DNA of 64,000 bases from Lytechinus pictus (taxonomy: Eukaryota): contig NC_087246.1 in the NCBI RefSeq assembly GCF_037042905.1, forward strand, positions 52,576,001-52,640,000, given 5' to 3'. This document shows, piece after piece, positions 26,408 through 39,273 of the stretch. The number at the start of each line of letters is the position of its first letter. The first letter of the stretch is position 1. Below the pieces are notes generated by a model. It was not told the DNA's origin and searched no databases. It was given only the letters and a program-made list of their open reading frames with translations. The position numbers and the translations under genes were made by a program.

Positions 26408-27035
26408 GTAAGTTCCTTCTATTGTATTTTGCCCATGCTATTGATAAAAGTGTAAACACTCCTTTGTTTGTTTGATAGGCCTTTGTTATACAGGGTCTAC
26501 CTTTCATTCTGCACATTGAAATGACTTCCAGTTTAATGTCGTTTCTGTCTTCTTGTTGTTGAGTCATTATTTTGAAGACCATCTCGTTTTAAAATTCTTA
26601 ATATTTCTGAGATATTTTGCGAAAACTACACCATAAATATTTCCAAAGTTATGAAATATATCAGGAACATTGGGAAGTTAGATCCAGAAGAGATACCCAG
26701 GTCTTGGCTTGAAAAATTAGGCACGTCTCTTCATATTCAAATAAAAATCAAATCCTTTTTTCTTCATCCTGATACTTTCAAAATCTCCAACCGTATCATT
26801 GAACACATTTGGTAACCTTAAGGCAATGTAAGAGATCTAAATTCATGCTTATTGAATCCCAACTTCAAACATGATTGTGATCTCCATTTTGTAATATTCA
26901 TAACTTATTGATTCCATAAATAACAAAAATCTCTGCAATATGATTTGATCACTTGGAATGGGACTGACTATATGTATTGTGACTATTAATTCCCTTCAAA
27001 TTCATATGTGATATATTTCCTCCCAATTTTTGTAG

Positions 27036-27191
27036 ATTCCAAATCCTGTAAACCTCCCTGATGGTACCATCGCAGGGAAGAAGATAGCTACAATGAATGA
27101 TGTGTGTGAGAGTATGAAACAACATCTATTGGTTCTTGTAGAATGGGCAAAGTATATCCCCAGCTTCTGTGATCTGCCTCTTGATGATCAG
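27036..27191 (+). CDS. HNF4: HNF4 exon: LBD helix 3 region (IPNPV...[31 protein letters not shown])
   Basis: Acceptor TTTTTGTAG|, donor CAG|GTTTGT, 156 nt, phase 0/0, HNF4 signature motif. Confidence 0.97.
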
Positions 27192-27929
27192 GTTTGTTAC
27201 AAGACATTTTTATCAAATCATTCCGGTATATTACCTTTAGAAGAGACCAAACATGAAACCCCATTTCAGTTTTCAATATTTGAAAACCTAATCATTTTCC
27301 TGTTATTTTTCACCCTTTCACAACCCTTACACTTAGGTTTGACAGAATCAAAGTCAGGAGCAAATGCTTGAGCATTAACATTTTGGATAACTTCCAAAAA
27401 TACTACAATATAAAAGGGATACTTTTACTAATAGATTGTAAATATGTTTAAGGATAATGTTGATGAATGATCTGGTATTTTCAGAGAGAAAGATATATAT
27501 TTTAGGGTAATGTTTATGAAGTGTACAAGAGGAAATTGGTTAATTGCTGAACAATTGATTAAACTTTTAAAAAGTATTTAGCATTACCTTAGTTTATTCA
27601 TGGAATTCCGGTACCCACCATAAAAAATGTTCTCTCAAAATCTTCCAGGTCGTTGTCTTTAGATTTGATCATAAAGCTCAGGCTTATATTTTCTCCAGCA
27701 TGAATGATCTTGAGCTCTATTATCTAAAATGGTGGCAGCAGTGGGATAAATTGGTCAGTCATGTGTGTAGTGTAAATTAGACTAGTAAACCTTTGTTATA
27801 AGTTCAAATCAATTCAACTTATGATAGACTGATTACATATAATCATAGTTTCATAACGATTCTTACTGTATCTTAAATCCACTCAGACCATATTCAGATC
27901 AGGTTTCCTCATTCCTCATGTTTTATTAG

Positions 27930-28173
27930 GTTGCCCTTTTAAGAGCTCATGCTGGGGAGCACCTGGTCTTGGGTGCAGCAAGACGGTCTCTGCCCTACAA
28001 AGACATCCTGGTGCTAGGACCTGATGTGATCCTTCCAAGGCATTCCCAGGATCAGATGGATATTCACAGAGTGGCAAGTCGTGTCCTTGATGAACTCATC
28101 ACCCCCATGAGGGATGTGGGTCTTGATGACCATGAGTTTGCTTGCCTCAAAGCAATTGTCTTCTTTGACCCAG
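27930..28173 (+). CDS. HNF4: HNF4 exon: LBD middle (VALLRAHAGEHLVLG...ACLKAIVFFDP)
   Basis: Acceptor TTTTATTAG|, donor CAG|GTAAGC; HNF4-specific LLRAHAGEH. Confidence 0.97.
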
Positions 28174-28716
28174 GTAAGCTCTCTGAGGGTGATGTTCCCT
28201 TTATAACGCCTTCATTTGCTTTCCCTTGGTCTTTACTCTGTCTTTACATTTCTTTACATGGACTAAACTAACAGTGTGTTACTTTCAATAGGTGTGGCCA
28301 TGACCAGATATGTACTTCATGACGCAAAAAACTCTTGAGCAGATGGATAAATCAGGTTGTCACAAAAAAATGTTCACCTCTTCATCTTTTGACTGTATAC
28401 TGCTTGTAGACAGCTTTCACGTGCCTTGTGATACATGTTGTTAGGAGATTATTGGGGGGGGGGGTCTAGATAGCTATCATTGGGCAGCTAAGTGGGGAAC
28501 TCTTTTCTTTCTCAATTTACATCGATTGTAAAAGTTAAAATACTATGTACTGCATTTTGCCTTTAGAATACGATTATTTAAACACCAAACTTAAGTTTGC
28601 ATTTGTACTTACTATCAGGTTGTCCATGTCAGGTGACATTGATTTCATTCAAGAGAAATATTTTCAATGCACATGATTGGTACAGGGCTAATGATTGTGA
28701 TATCCTTCCTTTCCAG

Positions 28717-28953
28717 ATGCAAAGGGACTGAGTGAGCCAGGCCGTATCAAGATGCTTCGCTACCAGGTCCAGATACATCTGGAAGACTACATCAATGACA
28801 GGCAGTATGACAGTAGAGGGCGCTTTGGTGAAATCCTTCTCATGCTTCCCCCGCTTCAAAGCATCACATGGCAGATGATTGAACAGATCCAGTTTGCTCG
28901 CCTCATGGGAGTCGCCAAAGTGGACAATCTCCTTCAGGAGATGTTGCTTGGAG
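28717..28953 (+). CDS. HNF4: HNF4 exon: LBD C-terminal helices and AF-2 (DAKGLSEP...[10 protein letters not shown])
   Basis: Acceptor CCTTTCCAG|, donor GAG|GTAAGT; [18 protein letters not shown] and LLQEMLLGG motifs. Confidence 0.98.
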
Positions 28954-29280
28954 GTAAGTTGAAATACTTAAGAGTTTCCTAGGTCTCCCAAATGACAGTC
29001 TTATGTAAATGACAATTCTATGAAATAATCATTTTGTATGTCAGACTCAGACCATTTTTCTCTACACTCACTTCACTTCACACCATGCTCAAGCCTTGAT
29101 AATTTGAGATCATTACAACTTTTCATATGAACAACAAAAAATAATAACTTTAGGAAGGTACCACATAAAGGGAATGGGTTGTACATAACTCTATGGAATT
29201 GCCCTAAAGTCATTAGCAATTACACAATGTCTTTAATCCAATTTAATAATATATTTCCATTAAGAGCTCCATTTGCTTTA

Positions 29281-29731
29281 TAAGCCAGTTCGTAGTTCCT
29301 TTCTGCGCATGGTCAAAAGATTCTACGCATGATCAGAGGAAGGTCATTTGTACTAACGTGACATGGTGGTTTAAAATTTAATGAGATAGGCACCAACTTT
29401 GATGTCTTGATTATTCATATACTCTTTTGAATGGTGGTTTTCATTTACATCCACAAAAAACAACAATGCGTCCACGAACGACTGTTATTTTACAGTTTGC
29501 CAAGTACATTGTGCAACATGCTTTGATATGCATTCAAAGTAGGAATGCAACAAATACCTTCATAAAGTGTTCATTGGTGTGCTATTCTAGTCACCTGGTC
29601 TATTCAATTTCTTCATCCTGCTATGTAAGGCAAGCTTACGTAATATCTTGCTTTGAAATCTGCCTATCATAATGAAAGAAATGAAAGGTCATTTGACTAA
29701 AATTGTCCATGAGTAACTACAAACTGGTCTA
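29281..29731. mobile_element. MITE with TAG/CTA-type termini (Academ-like)
   Basis: TAAGCCAGTTCGTAGTT ... AACTACAAACTGGTCTA; flanks TTA/TTG. Confidence 0.55.
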
Positions 29732-30037
29732 TTGGAAACCTTCTCGAATACTATAGTGAAAGGTAATTACATGTACATTATAGGTTGATAGAAATTTATT
29801 ACCCTATTGTAACTTTACCAATGAATTCTAGACATGTTAGGGCAGTGTGTATTATGCCAATCTTTTTAGCTTATTATCTTATTTGACAAGGTAACAGAAA
29901 AGAAATGCTTGGGAAATGAGGATGGTGCATTGTTTGTACATTATTATAGAAATGAAAACAGTGTTGCTCCTTTAAATAGAACCTAGAGCTATTAATTTGA
30001 TTCTTGATCCACTTTTGAAATGACTTTTATCTTTCAG

Positions 30038-30213
30038 GTTCTGCCAACGACCCCTCCCAGCAACACGTGCCTGCCAGTATGCCCGGGATGACTGCGCACC
30101 CGCCTCCGACCCCGCCCGGCGACCAGCATACCATCGTCAATGGCCATCTCATGCATGCTGCTGCTGCACACGGTGGTGCTCCACATCTCACTCAGGCCTC
30201 TTCTACAGCTCAG
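30038..30213 (+). CDS. HNF4: HNF4 exon: His/Pro-rich F domain
   Basis: Acceptor TTTTATCTTTCAG|, donor CAG|GTATGC; GC-rich island, phases 1/0 compatible with both neighbours. Confidence 0.9.
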
Positions 30214-30358
30214 GTATGCAGGAGGCGTGATGAGGATGGCGGTAAAGTGGTGATGGTTGTGAAAATGATGTTGGTAGTAATTGCAGTATTGATGTGGCGG
30301 TCTTAGTTGTGATGACGGTGGTGGTCATTGTGATGCTGATGGTGATATGTTGATTTAA

Positions 30359-30934
30359 AGGGGAATCCAGCCTGGGTAATAAAATGTGTTGGAAAGGAGA
30401 AAACGAAGAAAACACAATGGGGAAAGTTTGAAAGAAATTGGACAAGCATTAAGAAAAGTTATGACTGCATGCTTTAACATTGAGATCCATAAGACTATGT
30501 AGATTTCAAATTGGCCTGGGTTAATAAATTATGACAAGGGGCAAGAACAACTTTCCCATAGGCCATGTACTTTATTATCAGGGATTTTTGGTTTTCTCCT
30601 AAGTACCCATTTCCCTGGGGCAGTAATCTAAATATAATCCAGGTATTATATTGTTTTATGTCCTCATGGAAGAAAAATATAATCGAAGTAAAACTTTTGG
30701 AAAAATTACATTTTAGCCACTTTATGTTTTGGAGTACATGGAAGAGTCATTCTTGCCTTACATCACTATGACAACACATATGCAACCAATTTGAAGCCTC
30801 CATGGGTATAGTGATTACCAACTTTTAAAACTTCATAACTTTTTTATTGTTTGTCTGTTATTGTTCAAACTTTCACCTATCAACTTGTCTGATTTTTCCT
30901 CTAAAACAAAGTTTTATTGTAGTTGCATTCCCCT
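30359..30934. mobile_element. TTAA-TSD MITE inserted in a (GAT/GGT)n tract
   Basis: TTAA|AGGGGAATCCAGC ... GTTGCATTCCCCT|TTAA; trinucleotide tract continues on both sides (30225-30350, 30940-31105). Confidence 0.82.
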
Positions 30935-31421
30935 TTAATTTGATGATGATGGTTATGAGCATGGCGATAAAATTATCTATGGTAATGGTGATAGTGATGA
31001 CAATGGTAATAAAGAAAGGTTGTGATTGTGGTTGGTGGTGTTGGCAGCGATGGAAATAATGTGAAAAGGATAATGTAATGGTAAATTCTCTGGTTGTGAT
31101 GGTATCACCAGTCAAGGATTGCATTGCAATTGTGACAATAATGTTTTAAAAATTGTATTAAAGAAAATAATTTGATACTACAAATATAATTATTCATTAA
31201 TTCAGATATCAACTGTACAGAATATAATTTCCATGTAAAGTAAGATAATAAAAATATGGATGGGAGTGTGAGAGAGTATAATGGCAATTGAACGAATGCT
31301 TCCTGGAACTTGGCAATCATGATGAACATGATGATTTGTTTATTTTTTCATTGAATCTCACTGGATTAATTTTCTCAATAGTAAATTTAGTGGAACACAT
31401 TGTTTGCTTCTCACAATACAG

Positions 31422-31613
31422 GTGATAGCAGATTTCAAACTGCAGCAAGCCAGCCAGCCATCAGTCACTGTCACCCAGACCCACATAGGAGCCCCTCCTC
31501 CACCCCCAGCCACTGCCGGACCTCCAGCCCCAGCTGCTGTAGCTGTGACGGTGCCCATCCCAAAGCAAGAGAGGACACAGATCAACACCATGCTCAAGGA
31601 AGAGGTGGTATAA
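31422..31613 (+). CDS. HNF4: HNF4 last coding exon (VIADFKLQQ...MLKEEVV*)
   Basis: Acceptor CTTCTCACAATACAG|, phase 0, Pro-rich, ends LKEEVV-TAA, similar to the vertebrate HNF4A ending TKQEVI. Confidence 0.88.
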   Translation: MIADFKLQQASQPSVTVTQTHIGAPPPPPATAGPPAPAAVAVTVPIPKQERTQINTMLKEEVV

Positions 31614-31829
31614 TGCCAAGATGAAGCGGACATCATCCACCTATCCTTCTCTATTTCATCATGCTTCTTGTCTCCGTCTGCATTCAAAGTACTACCGGTG
31701 AATAGCTCTATCTCAAAGAGCCATTTGCTCTTGAAATACTTTTCGTGGTCCATTCCATTTTATGCCGGAAGTTGCTTCCAAGATAGGAATGCATCAATTA
31801 TCATCTTTTCCAGTTGGGTATCTTTTTCT

Positions 31830-32830
31830 TTCTCTCTTCATCATAAGTACTCCTGGTAGATAGTTGGTGTAAAGTCACTGTTCCAATGGTACATTGTTAT
31901 AAACATTCCACTTGCAAGATGGTGTGACCAATTGATGAGAACTTCCACCCATCTTGGCCTGCGTTTTAATCTTCATCCAAAGATCTAATGGTAGACAAAT
32001 GGAGGCATCATCCTTATTGGTGCTCTTTTACCCTGATTTGTATCCAAATGTCTACTAGTAAGCAATTGGTGTAAACGCATGTGTCTTAAAAACCACTATA
32101 CGTCACATTCCACAAAATGGGGGTAAGATTGGGAGGCATCATCCACTCTGGTGATCCTCATCTGCATCTGCATCCAAAGAGCTACCTGTTGACAGTTGGT
32201 ATTGATATACTAGTCTTAGAAACCACTGTGTTTCATGTTCCACTTCAAAAAGATAGAGTAAAAGTGGTCTTTTACCCTTGTATGGGTTTGAAGATCTACT
32301 GCTAGACCGTATTTGTTGATCCTGCTGTAGGTGAAATGATAATCAACACTTTGATTGTGGGCATCGACGGAAAGACAAGACAGGTGTAGAAGAATGGCAC
32401 TTCTGTCTCTGATGTCCTGTGTGCCTGGTATCTTGTGTGTGTAAAGATCATTAGCAGGGGATCGTAAATCTTATATACCAATATACATCACATTCCATTT
32501 ACAAGAGGAGACGGCAAGATACTCTTAGTCTGTACAAGTCATTACCCATCCTGGCGGATTTTCAGCCTTATCTGGATCCAAAAGGTTTGTATAATATCAT
32601 CCTAAGATCTACCATTATACGATTGGTATGATGCCATTGATCTTATAAGTGAGTTCCATTTTGTCTCATTTCACTCGCAAGAGCAAGCACATATGTTGAA
32701 AAGATGGAGAGCATGCAAGAGACATCAGCCATCGTGATGTTCTTTCAGCCCCATCTGCATCCAAAGACGTACCAATAAGAGATTGGTATAATTACATTAA
32801 TGCTCTAAACACCTGTACATATTGCTTAAC
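31830..32830 (+). repeat. Degenerate ~130-150-bp repeat array in the proximal 3' UTR
   Basis: Recurrent ordered motifs GGAGGCATCATCC, CATCCAAAGA-CTAC, ATTGGT/GTTGGT, GTCTTA-AAACCACT, TTCCAC. Confidence 0.65.
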
Positions 32831-35800
32831 AAAGCATGTTTTACAAGGACCAGTATTTTTCATCTTTTTTCATCCATAGCAGTACCTGAACAAAGATACT
32901 ACAATACTATCTTAATAGGGCTGCAACCTAGTGTACAAACCATTCTGCTTCGAAATAAGGGTCCCTTGGTTTCGAAAATTAAAAATACATTTCATTTTTA
33001 GCCACTTATCTTCTGTGAAGATGCAAACATACTTTCAATTTTGTTTATTAATTCATTTACATATATTTTTTTTAGGAGGGGGTTCGTTTCTGACTTTTTT
33101 TCATACATATGCATTCATCATTGTAATTGACCAGTGAGATCAATGCCACAGTGATGTGTAGTTGAGTTTATCACTATCTGTAAACATGGTCCAGTAAAGA
33201 ATATATACCCTACATAAACAATTGTTCATGGAAATGGTCCAATTAAATTCCCCCCCCCCCTTTCAGGAGCTACTGTTGAATGGACACAAGACAAAATACA
33301 CACTGTCATTTAACTTCATGGGATGTATTTTCTCCTGTTTCTTTTCTTTACTTACAATGCATTCCACACTGCCAAATGCCTGTATAGGGTTGTTCCAGAA
33401 TTCTTCTGGAATACATTTTTTAATGAAAAATATTTCAGCAAAAATGACAGGGACCATCCATCACTTGGAGAGAAAATTCACTTCTTGAGACGTAAACAAG
33501 TGTTCAACATTCCTGTGAGTTTGGGAGTTTTAGATATTCTTCAAAATTACCTAGAGACATGGTAGTAAAACGATTAAAATTCAAATGTGATCATGTTTGG
33601 CTGGAAGATACTGGAACAAGCTCTTGGGAAGGAGAAAAGATGATAAGACTTGTTTCCTGGTGCTTGATGTGGCTTTATTTCTTTTGTATGTATGAGCTTG
33701 AGATTACGAATATCATATTTCTTAGTATATACTGTATATATGTTCATCTAAAAGTTTGGTAGAATATACCTGACACATTCTACGACATGATCAACTCCAT
33801 TGTGGCACAACAACTTTCACATAGGATATAATCAAAATATTTGTTCTTAGCATTGGTTACTTTAGATTTTTTTTTAAAATATATATACATATCTTGCTCT
33901 TTACCTGTGTTATACCGTTTCAATTCGAGTATCCTCCTCTTTCTCTCCCTCTTTTATATTTATAGTACCCTTTGTCTTGTTTCTTTTCAGCGCTTAAGTC
34001 TCCTGTTTTGTTTTTTTGATCGATGTGTGAAAAAAGCAGCAAACAATTTTGCAGTGTCATTTCAAAATGAATTCTTGATTCTTGATCAACACTTTTTACA
34101 AGTATAATTAAAAAATGACACATTTCAAAGTTTATACTCTCTGTATTTCATTTAATGGGGGGACTTATAAATGCATATTTCACACATGTGTGGATAAATT
34201 CCCTTTGAAGAGAGGTTACCAAAAAATTTATTTTTTATGGGTGGTATCTAAATTTCAAAGAGAAAATGATATTTCCAGAAATCTCCGTTCAATTCCTTTG
34301 ATATGGCTCTCAAAATAAAGAAAATGATATAGGAATGATAACACATTGTTTTACAAAGTAATGCTTGCATTTCTCTAATTTTACAAAATAAAGTCAAAAT
34401 CTAATTCCATTCTTAGACTGCAAACCTAGACTAAACCATAACAGTTAAGATTTTCATCACATTGCTTTATCAAAAATCACTGATTCATTCAGTATATTGT
34501 CAGGTATTTTAGCAGCTATGGCAGGCAACCAGTGAAAACAAATATATCCTATTAAACAGTAGATATAAGCATTACAATCCTAATTTTGTATTCTTTGCTC
34601 CTTTTCTTGATTAAGTTATCATTATAAAGGGCAAAATAAACTTTCTAGAAACCTTTCTCTTTCAAATTCAGAAGTCGCCCACCAAATGACTTTCTCTTTA
34701 AAATCATTTTTAGCGAAGCATCAAATGAAGGAGAGATATCGAAGCTTACAAAAAAAGGTTTCATGAAATAATTTGTGATTAAGTTGTCATAAAACCTTTA
34801 AAAAAATATTGGTTCCACTATTTTATACACTTTAAGATAGGAGAAGATTCACAGGTTTGTTTCACAAACAAATCGACCAATTAAATTACAGAATTCATGA
34901 GAAAATTGGTCCACTAAGAGATAAAAAAAGATAATATTCAAAAATAATATTACAGACATATTTCCTAAAAAAAAACTTTATTCTACATCTTCACATTTTA
35001 CACTACATCTTTCTACATATTTCCACTTGTTCACAACTGTCATTAGTATTGTATCATAATTGTATTCAGTATTTGAATTTTAAAAAAAATTATATTTGAT
35101 GGTGTTGATGAAACCATAATACTGTCTATATGCATCTGTACTTAATTGATTACAATTATTGGTCACATGACCAAGTAATAATCAACAAATGTTCTGATTG
35201 TTGTGTCAATTGATATGACAAATATTTGAAATGTAACAATACTTTAGCATTAACCAAATGTGCTTTTTTTAAGCCTTAATAAGAAATTCTATGATATTAC
35301 AAAAGTGCCTGATTTTGGGGAAAGAAATTTTAAAATATGAAAGTTTTTACAATTTTCCACAATGCAAAATCCAAAAATATATATCAAAATATGATTGATA
35401 TAGAGTGCTTTCATTTTCAAATCATTGTTTTAAAAGTATATAAGAATATATTGTATTAATATATTAACAAATTTCTGAAATCTGAAATTTATTTTATTCT
35501 ATCCTTAGTATGTGTTCTTTTGCTGTTTAGATTTAACACATAAAAATAGACATTGGCCTATATTATAAAAACTATTAAATTCTTGAGAAGGAAGAGGCAT
35601 ACAGCAGCTCATTGAAAATTACATTCTCCATTGTAAGAACTTTGCCCTTTGATAGGCCAAAGGTAATCACATAATACAATATTGGCTCCAGTAAGTGCTT
35701 GGCCAATGGAATTAAAATTTATGTTCTTTTCTCCTTGCTCCAGAGGGTTACATTTGGTTGTTTGATTTTTTTAGTGTGATTAGATTTTTTTACCTTTGTG

Positions 35801-35903
35801 GATAGACATTCTTGAGGTAAAATATGTGTTAAAACTAAATTGCCAATGTGAGCTTAAAGAAAACATTTTCTTATCCAGCCTTGAGGTTTTTTGGCCATAG
35901 CAA

Positions 35904-36142
35904 GGCCCTGTCTTACAAAGAGTAATGATTGATCCGATCAACCTCAAGTGTATGGACATTTTTCAATGTCATGATTTTTTCTACAGGAAATATGCTCATT
36001 GTCCTTGGTAAACAAAGAGAAGCACGCTGAATTTTTAAGAAAAGAATGAGTGTATATACAGCATATCTAGAAAATATTTTGAACAAAAGGCATTTTTGAT
36101 ATTGATGTTTTGCTGGTTTTCAACTCTTTGTAAGATGCGCCC
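35904..36142. mobile_element. MITE (GGCCCTGTCTTACAAAGAG TIR), older copy
   Basis: TIRs present; body is the reverse complement of 36332-36600. Confidence 0.8.
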
Positions 36143-36262
36143 CTGTCACAATATGTCTGCTCAACCCATTACCCTGCTGAGTAATGTCTTTCACAGAAGC
36201 TTTGGTGTTGACTAGTGCATATAGAGAACCACACAAGTAATCTTACTCTGTTGTTAAATCTA

Positions 36263-36637
36263 CACTGTTATTTCAAAACCCATGTGTGTTACGGTATTAC
36301 AACACCTTTGGTTGTTACTTGACACCATCTGGGCTTTATCTTACAAAGAGTTACGATTGATCCGATCAATCACAACTATGGATGGTCAGCAACGTCAACA
36401 TCTATTATGCATGTTTGTTCAAAATATTTTCTAACTATGATTCATATTCATGTATTCATCGTTTTCTTGAAAATTCACTGTGCTTCTCTTTGATTACAAA
36501 GGACATTGTGCGAATTTCCCGTTGAAAAAATTATGACACTGGTGGATTTCCATAGAGTTAAATTGATTGGATCAATCGTAACTCTTTGTAAGACAGGGCA
36601 CTGGTGTCAGTTTTAATACCTCAGTTTTTATACAGTG
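36263..36637. mobile_element. CAC..GTG MITE (same family as 63628) hosting a nested MITE
   Basis: TA|CACTG start, CTGGTGTCAGTTTTAA..CAGTTTTT..ACAGTG end shared with 63628-63866. Confidence 0.7.
36332..36600. mobile_element. MITE with CTG TSD
   Basis: TCTTACAAAGAGTTACGATTGATCC / GGATCAATCGTAACTCTTTGTAAGA; CTG at 36329 and 36601. Confidence 0.88.
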
Positions 36638-37144
36638 TTCAAACTTTGTAGCTCCAGTAGGTAGCAGGGGGTCAAGTCCAAACTCTCATTTTCATATTGA
36701 GAAGTAGATCATACCTAGTTTCAGTTGGAAAATATGAGGCAAAAAATTATATTTTGATTTCAGGTGGTGGGGTGTGTCCAATCAGTTCCTCTGTAATTTT
36801 CATATTTCCTTAGCTTTGCTTCAGAAGGTATCTACCTCCAGATCGCATAAAAGTGTTTTTTTTTCTTATCAGCTCCATTAGTAATAAATCTTTGATTACC
36901 TTTTGCTAGTGCTTACAATATTTCCTCTGGATACCTGATAAATAATTGCTTGGCCTTAATAAAATTGTGTGGTTGTATATGTCCTCTTTCTACCAGAATT
37001 TTCTAAGTTTTATTAATATATGCCAATATTGTCTTCCAGTGAGATATACAACAAAATATGATCTTTGTTTTATGTTTTTACACCCAAAATCCTTTTTTAA
37101 ATTTTAATTATTTGAAATTCTTAAAATTCCTAATACAATTTTAA

Positions 37145-38010
37145 AGATCCAGACCGGACCCGAAAATGAAATTGATAAATTATATACCAATCGAAAGCTT
37201 ACAAGCTACTAAATACACCAAGGTATGCTTTATGCATTTTCACCGCTTCCCAGCTGAGTATTTTGCTTAAGAATATTCTAATTATCGGGTTTCGAACCCC
37301 GCTTAGAAAATAGGCTTTATTGTGCTTTTCACCTGCCTCGAGACCGTGACGTCACGTTGTGTAAGAAGCGTCGTGATTCCATAGGTTTGTACACAGAAAA
37401 ACTGGGTGATTTTTTTGCTTTCCAGATAACGCATTTAATTCTCTTCACTTCTATCACAGAGGATATCACATATATTTTTACCCACAAGCTTGAATTTATG
37501 AAATCTGCAGTTTTGAACTAGTTTTTGCCATATTTTATTTCCTGCTTATTTGGCACAGATTTCAATTCTATCTGCATTTAGATTATGTATAACAACTTTT
37601 CCTGACATATAGCAATTTAGGCCCAATAAGAGCCAAACAAAGAAATCACAAAAAAGGTAGTGAATAGTTGTAGGTTTACAACAATTTGAACAGTGAATAA
37701 TTTTGAGTGCCATTTTCATCTGAAAACGAAAAAAAAATGGATTCATAACATGGAAATGGAAGAAAATACCCAATGCTTTTGTACACAAACCTATGGAATC
37801 ACAACCCTCCTGACACAACGTGACGTCATCATTTCCAGGCGACGTGGGGGTGCTCAATCGAAGCGTACTTTGGAGGAGCAGTTTCTTTGATTTTTATTTA
37901 ATATTTTTAACTATTGGAAGGAGATATATGTAATATTTTTGGTATATTCGTATTGTATGAATCATTACCTTTATTTTGATATATGATTGTTTTTACACCG
38001 GTCAGGGTCT
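37145..38010. mobile_element. TTAA-TSD non-autonomous DNA transposon (Kolobok-like)
   Basis: TTAA|AGATCCAGACCGG ... CCGGTCAGGGTCT|TTAA; internal ~60-bp inverted repeat 37346-37406 / 37768-37829. Confidence 0.82.
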
Positions 38011-39224
38011 TTAACTTAGTTTAGGGTGACTTACATATTTTTCTTACACACTAATGTTTAAGGACGTGTCTTTTAAGGCGTGAAATGAATCAGATCAGAT
38101 TCAGATTTATTTCCAATGGAACATAAAAATACAAATTATTTTCATACATTCATAACAAACATTTTCAATGCGAATCATTATCATTATATGTCTAAATGTT
38201 TAAATCAATTTTATTTTCTTTTAACAGTACTGTGATAAGCTTCACAACAGAAAAAAACCTTCCAGTAATAAAGCTTAAGTACTGTATGTCTCGGTACCTC
38301 TTACATATTGTAAATGTACTAAAATCTTGTAATCCTTATGATATTTCACAGACTGTATATAGAGGATTGTATTATGATGTTTACTTTTCATTATCATTAC
38401 CAAACAACTCATTTATATAGAACATATTCATTTGGATGTTGTAAATAGATAAAGTGATGAATATACTTTTATTTCAGAGTATATAGATGTATTATACGGT
38501 CATTGTTTGTATCTTTGATTTTGCGCCAAAATTAATGACATCTCTCCAATTATACATTTATGCAATCAGTGTATTAGCTACTTCCATTTGTAATTAATTT
38601 TGTGATTGAAACGGTTTAAACAAAACATGTGATTGATTTTTGGGGGAAAGGATACGTATAACCAAAAAAAATGTATGTATATATATATTCCTACTTGAGT
38701 CATAATAATCCGTCTTTCATGTCTTTTTGGAAACTGACAAGCTACATTTAATAGATATGATATGGATATGACATATTTTATATACTGTATATAAATATAT
38801 ATTTCAATGAATTTTCATGTAAACATAGTCGTTTTCAAAAAAAGAGAAGACAACACTGTTTTCTTGTTGTATATTCTCTTGCTGCGTAGTTCCTTTTTAC
38901 TCCAAACAAGTGAAATTTCAATCAAACTTGAGTATGCAGACTGTAAATAGAACATAATCATGAGTGACTTAACTTTTGTGCCTGAAATTAGATTTTTAAA
39001 AATCAATGATTTTGCTGCATGATACTTAATAGAAATAATTGACATATCTTTCTTACAAATACTCCAAATCATCACTGTAATTGCTTGTTTGTTTTATGCA
39101 TTTGTAATCTCAAGTATTTACAATGTCTTGTTTCCCTTAGTATTTGATATTCTCTAGAATTTGAGTATTGCTGATTGCAATGAGCAGGTATGGTTGCTAT
39201 TGTGGCATTGGTTGATATTATTTT

Positions 39225-39273
39225 CATTATTGTTATCATTATTATTATTGTTATTATCATTATTATTATTATT
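39225..39273. repeat. (ATT)n microsatellite
   Basis: Direct reading. Confidence 0.8.

Noticed and set aside
30214-30306. Read-through of the F-domain exon giving a transmembrane-like tail
   Set aside because: Hydrophobicity comes from the (GAT/GGT)n tract; a good donor and downstream exon exist
31358-31753. Antisense and alternative-frame ORFs over the last exon
   Set aside because: Shadows of GC-rich coding sequence
31830-32830. CRISPR-like interpretation of the repeat array
   Set aside because: Eukaryotic locus, repeats too degenerate and irregular, no cas genes
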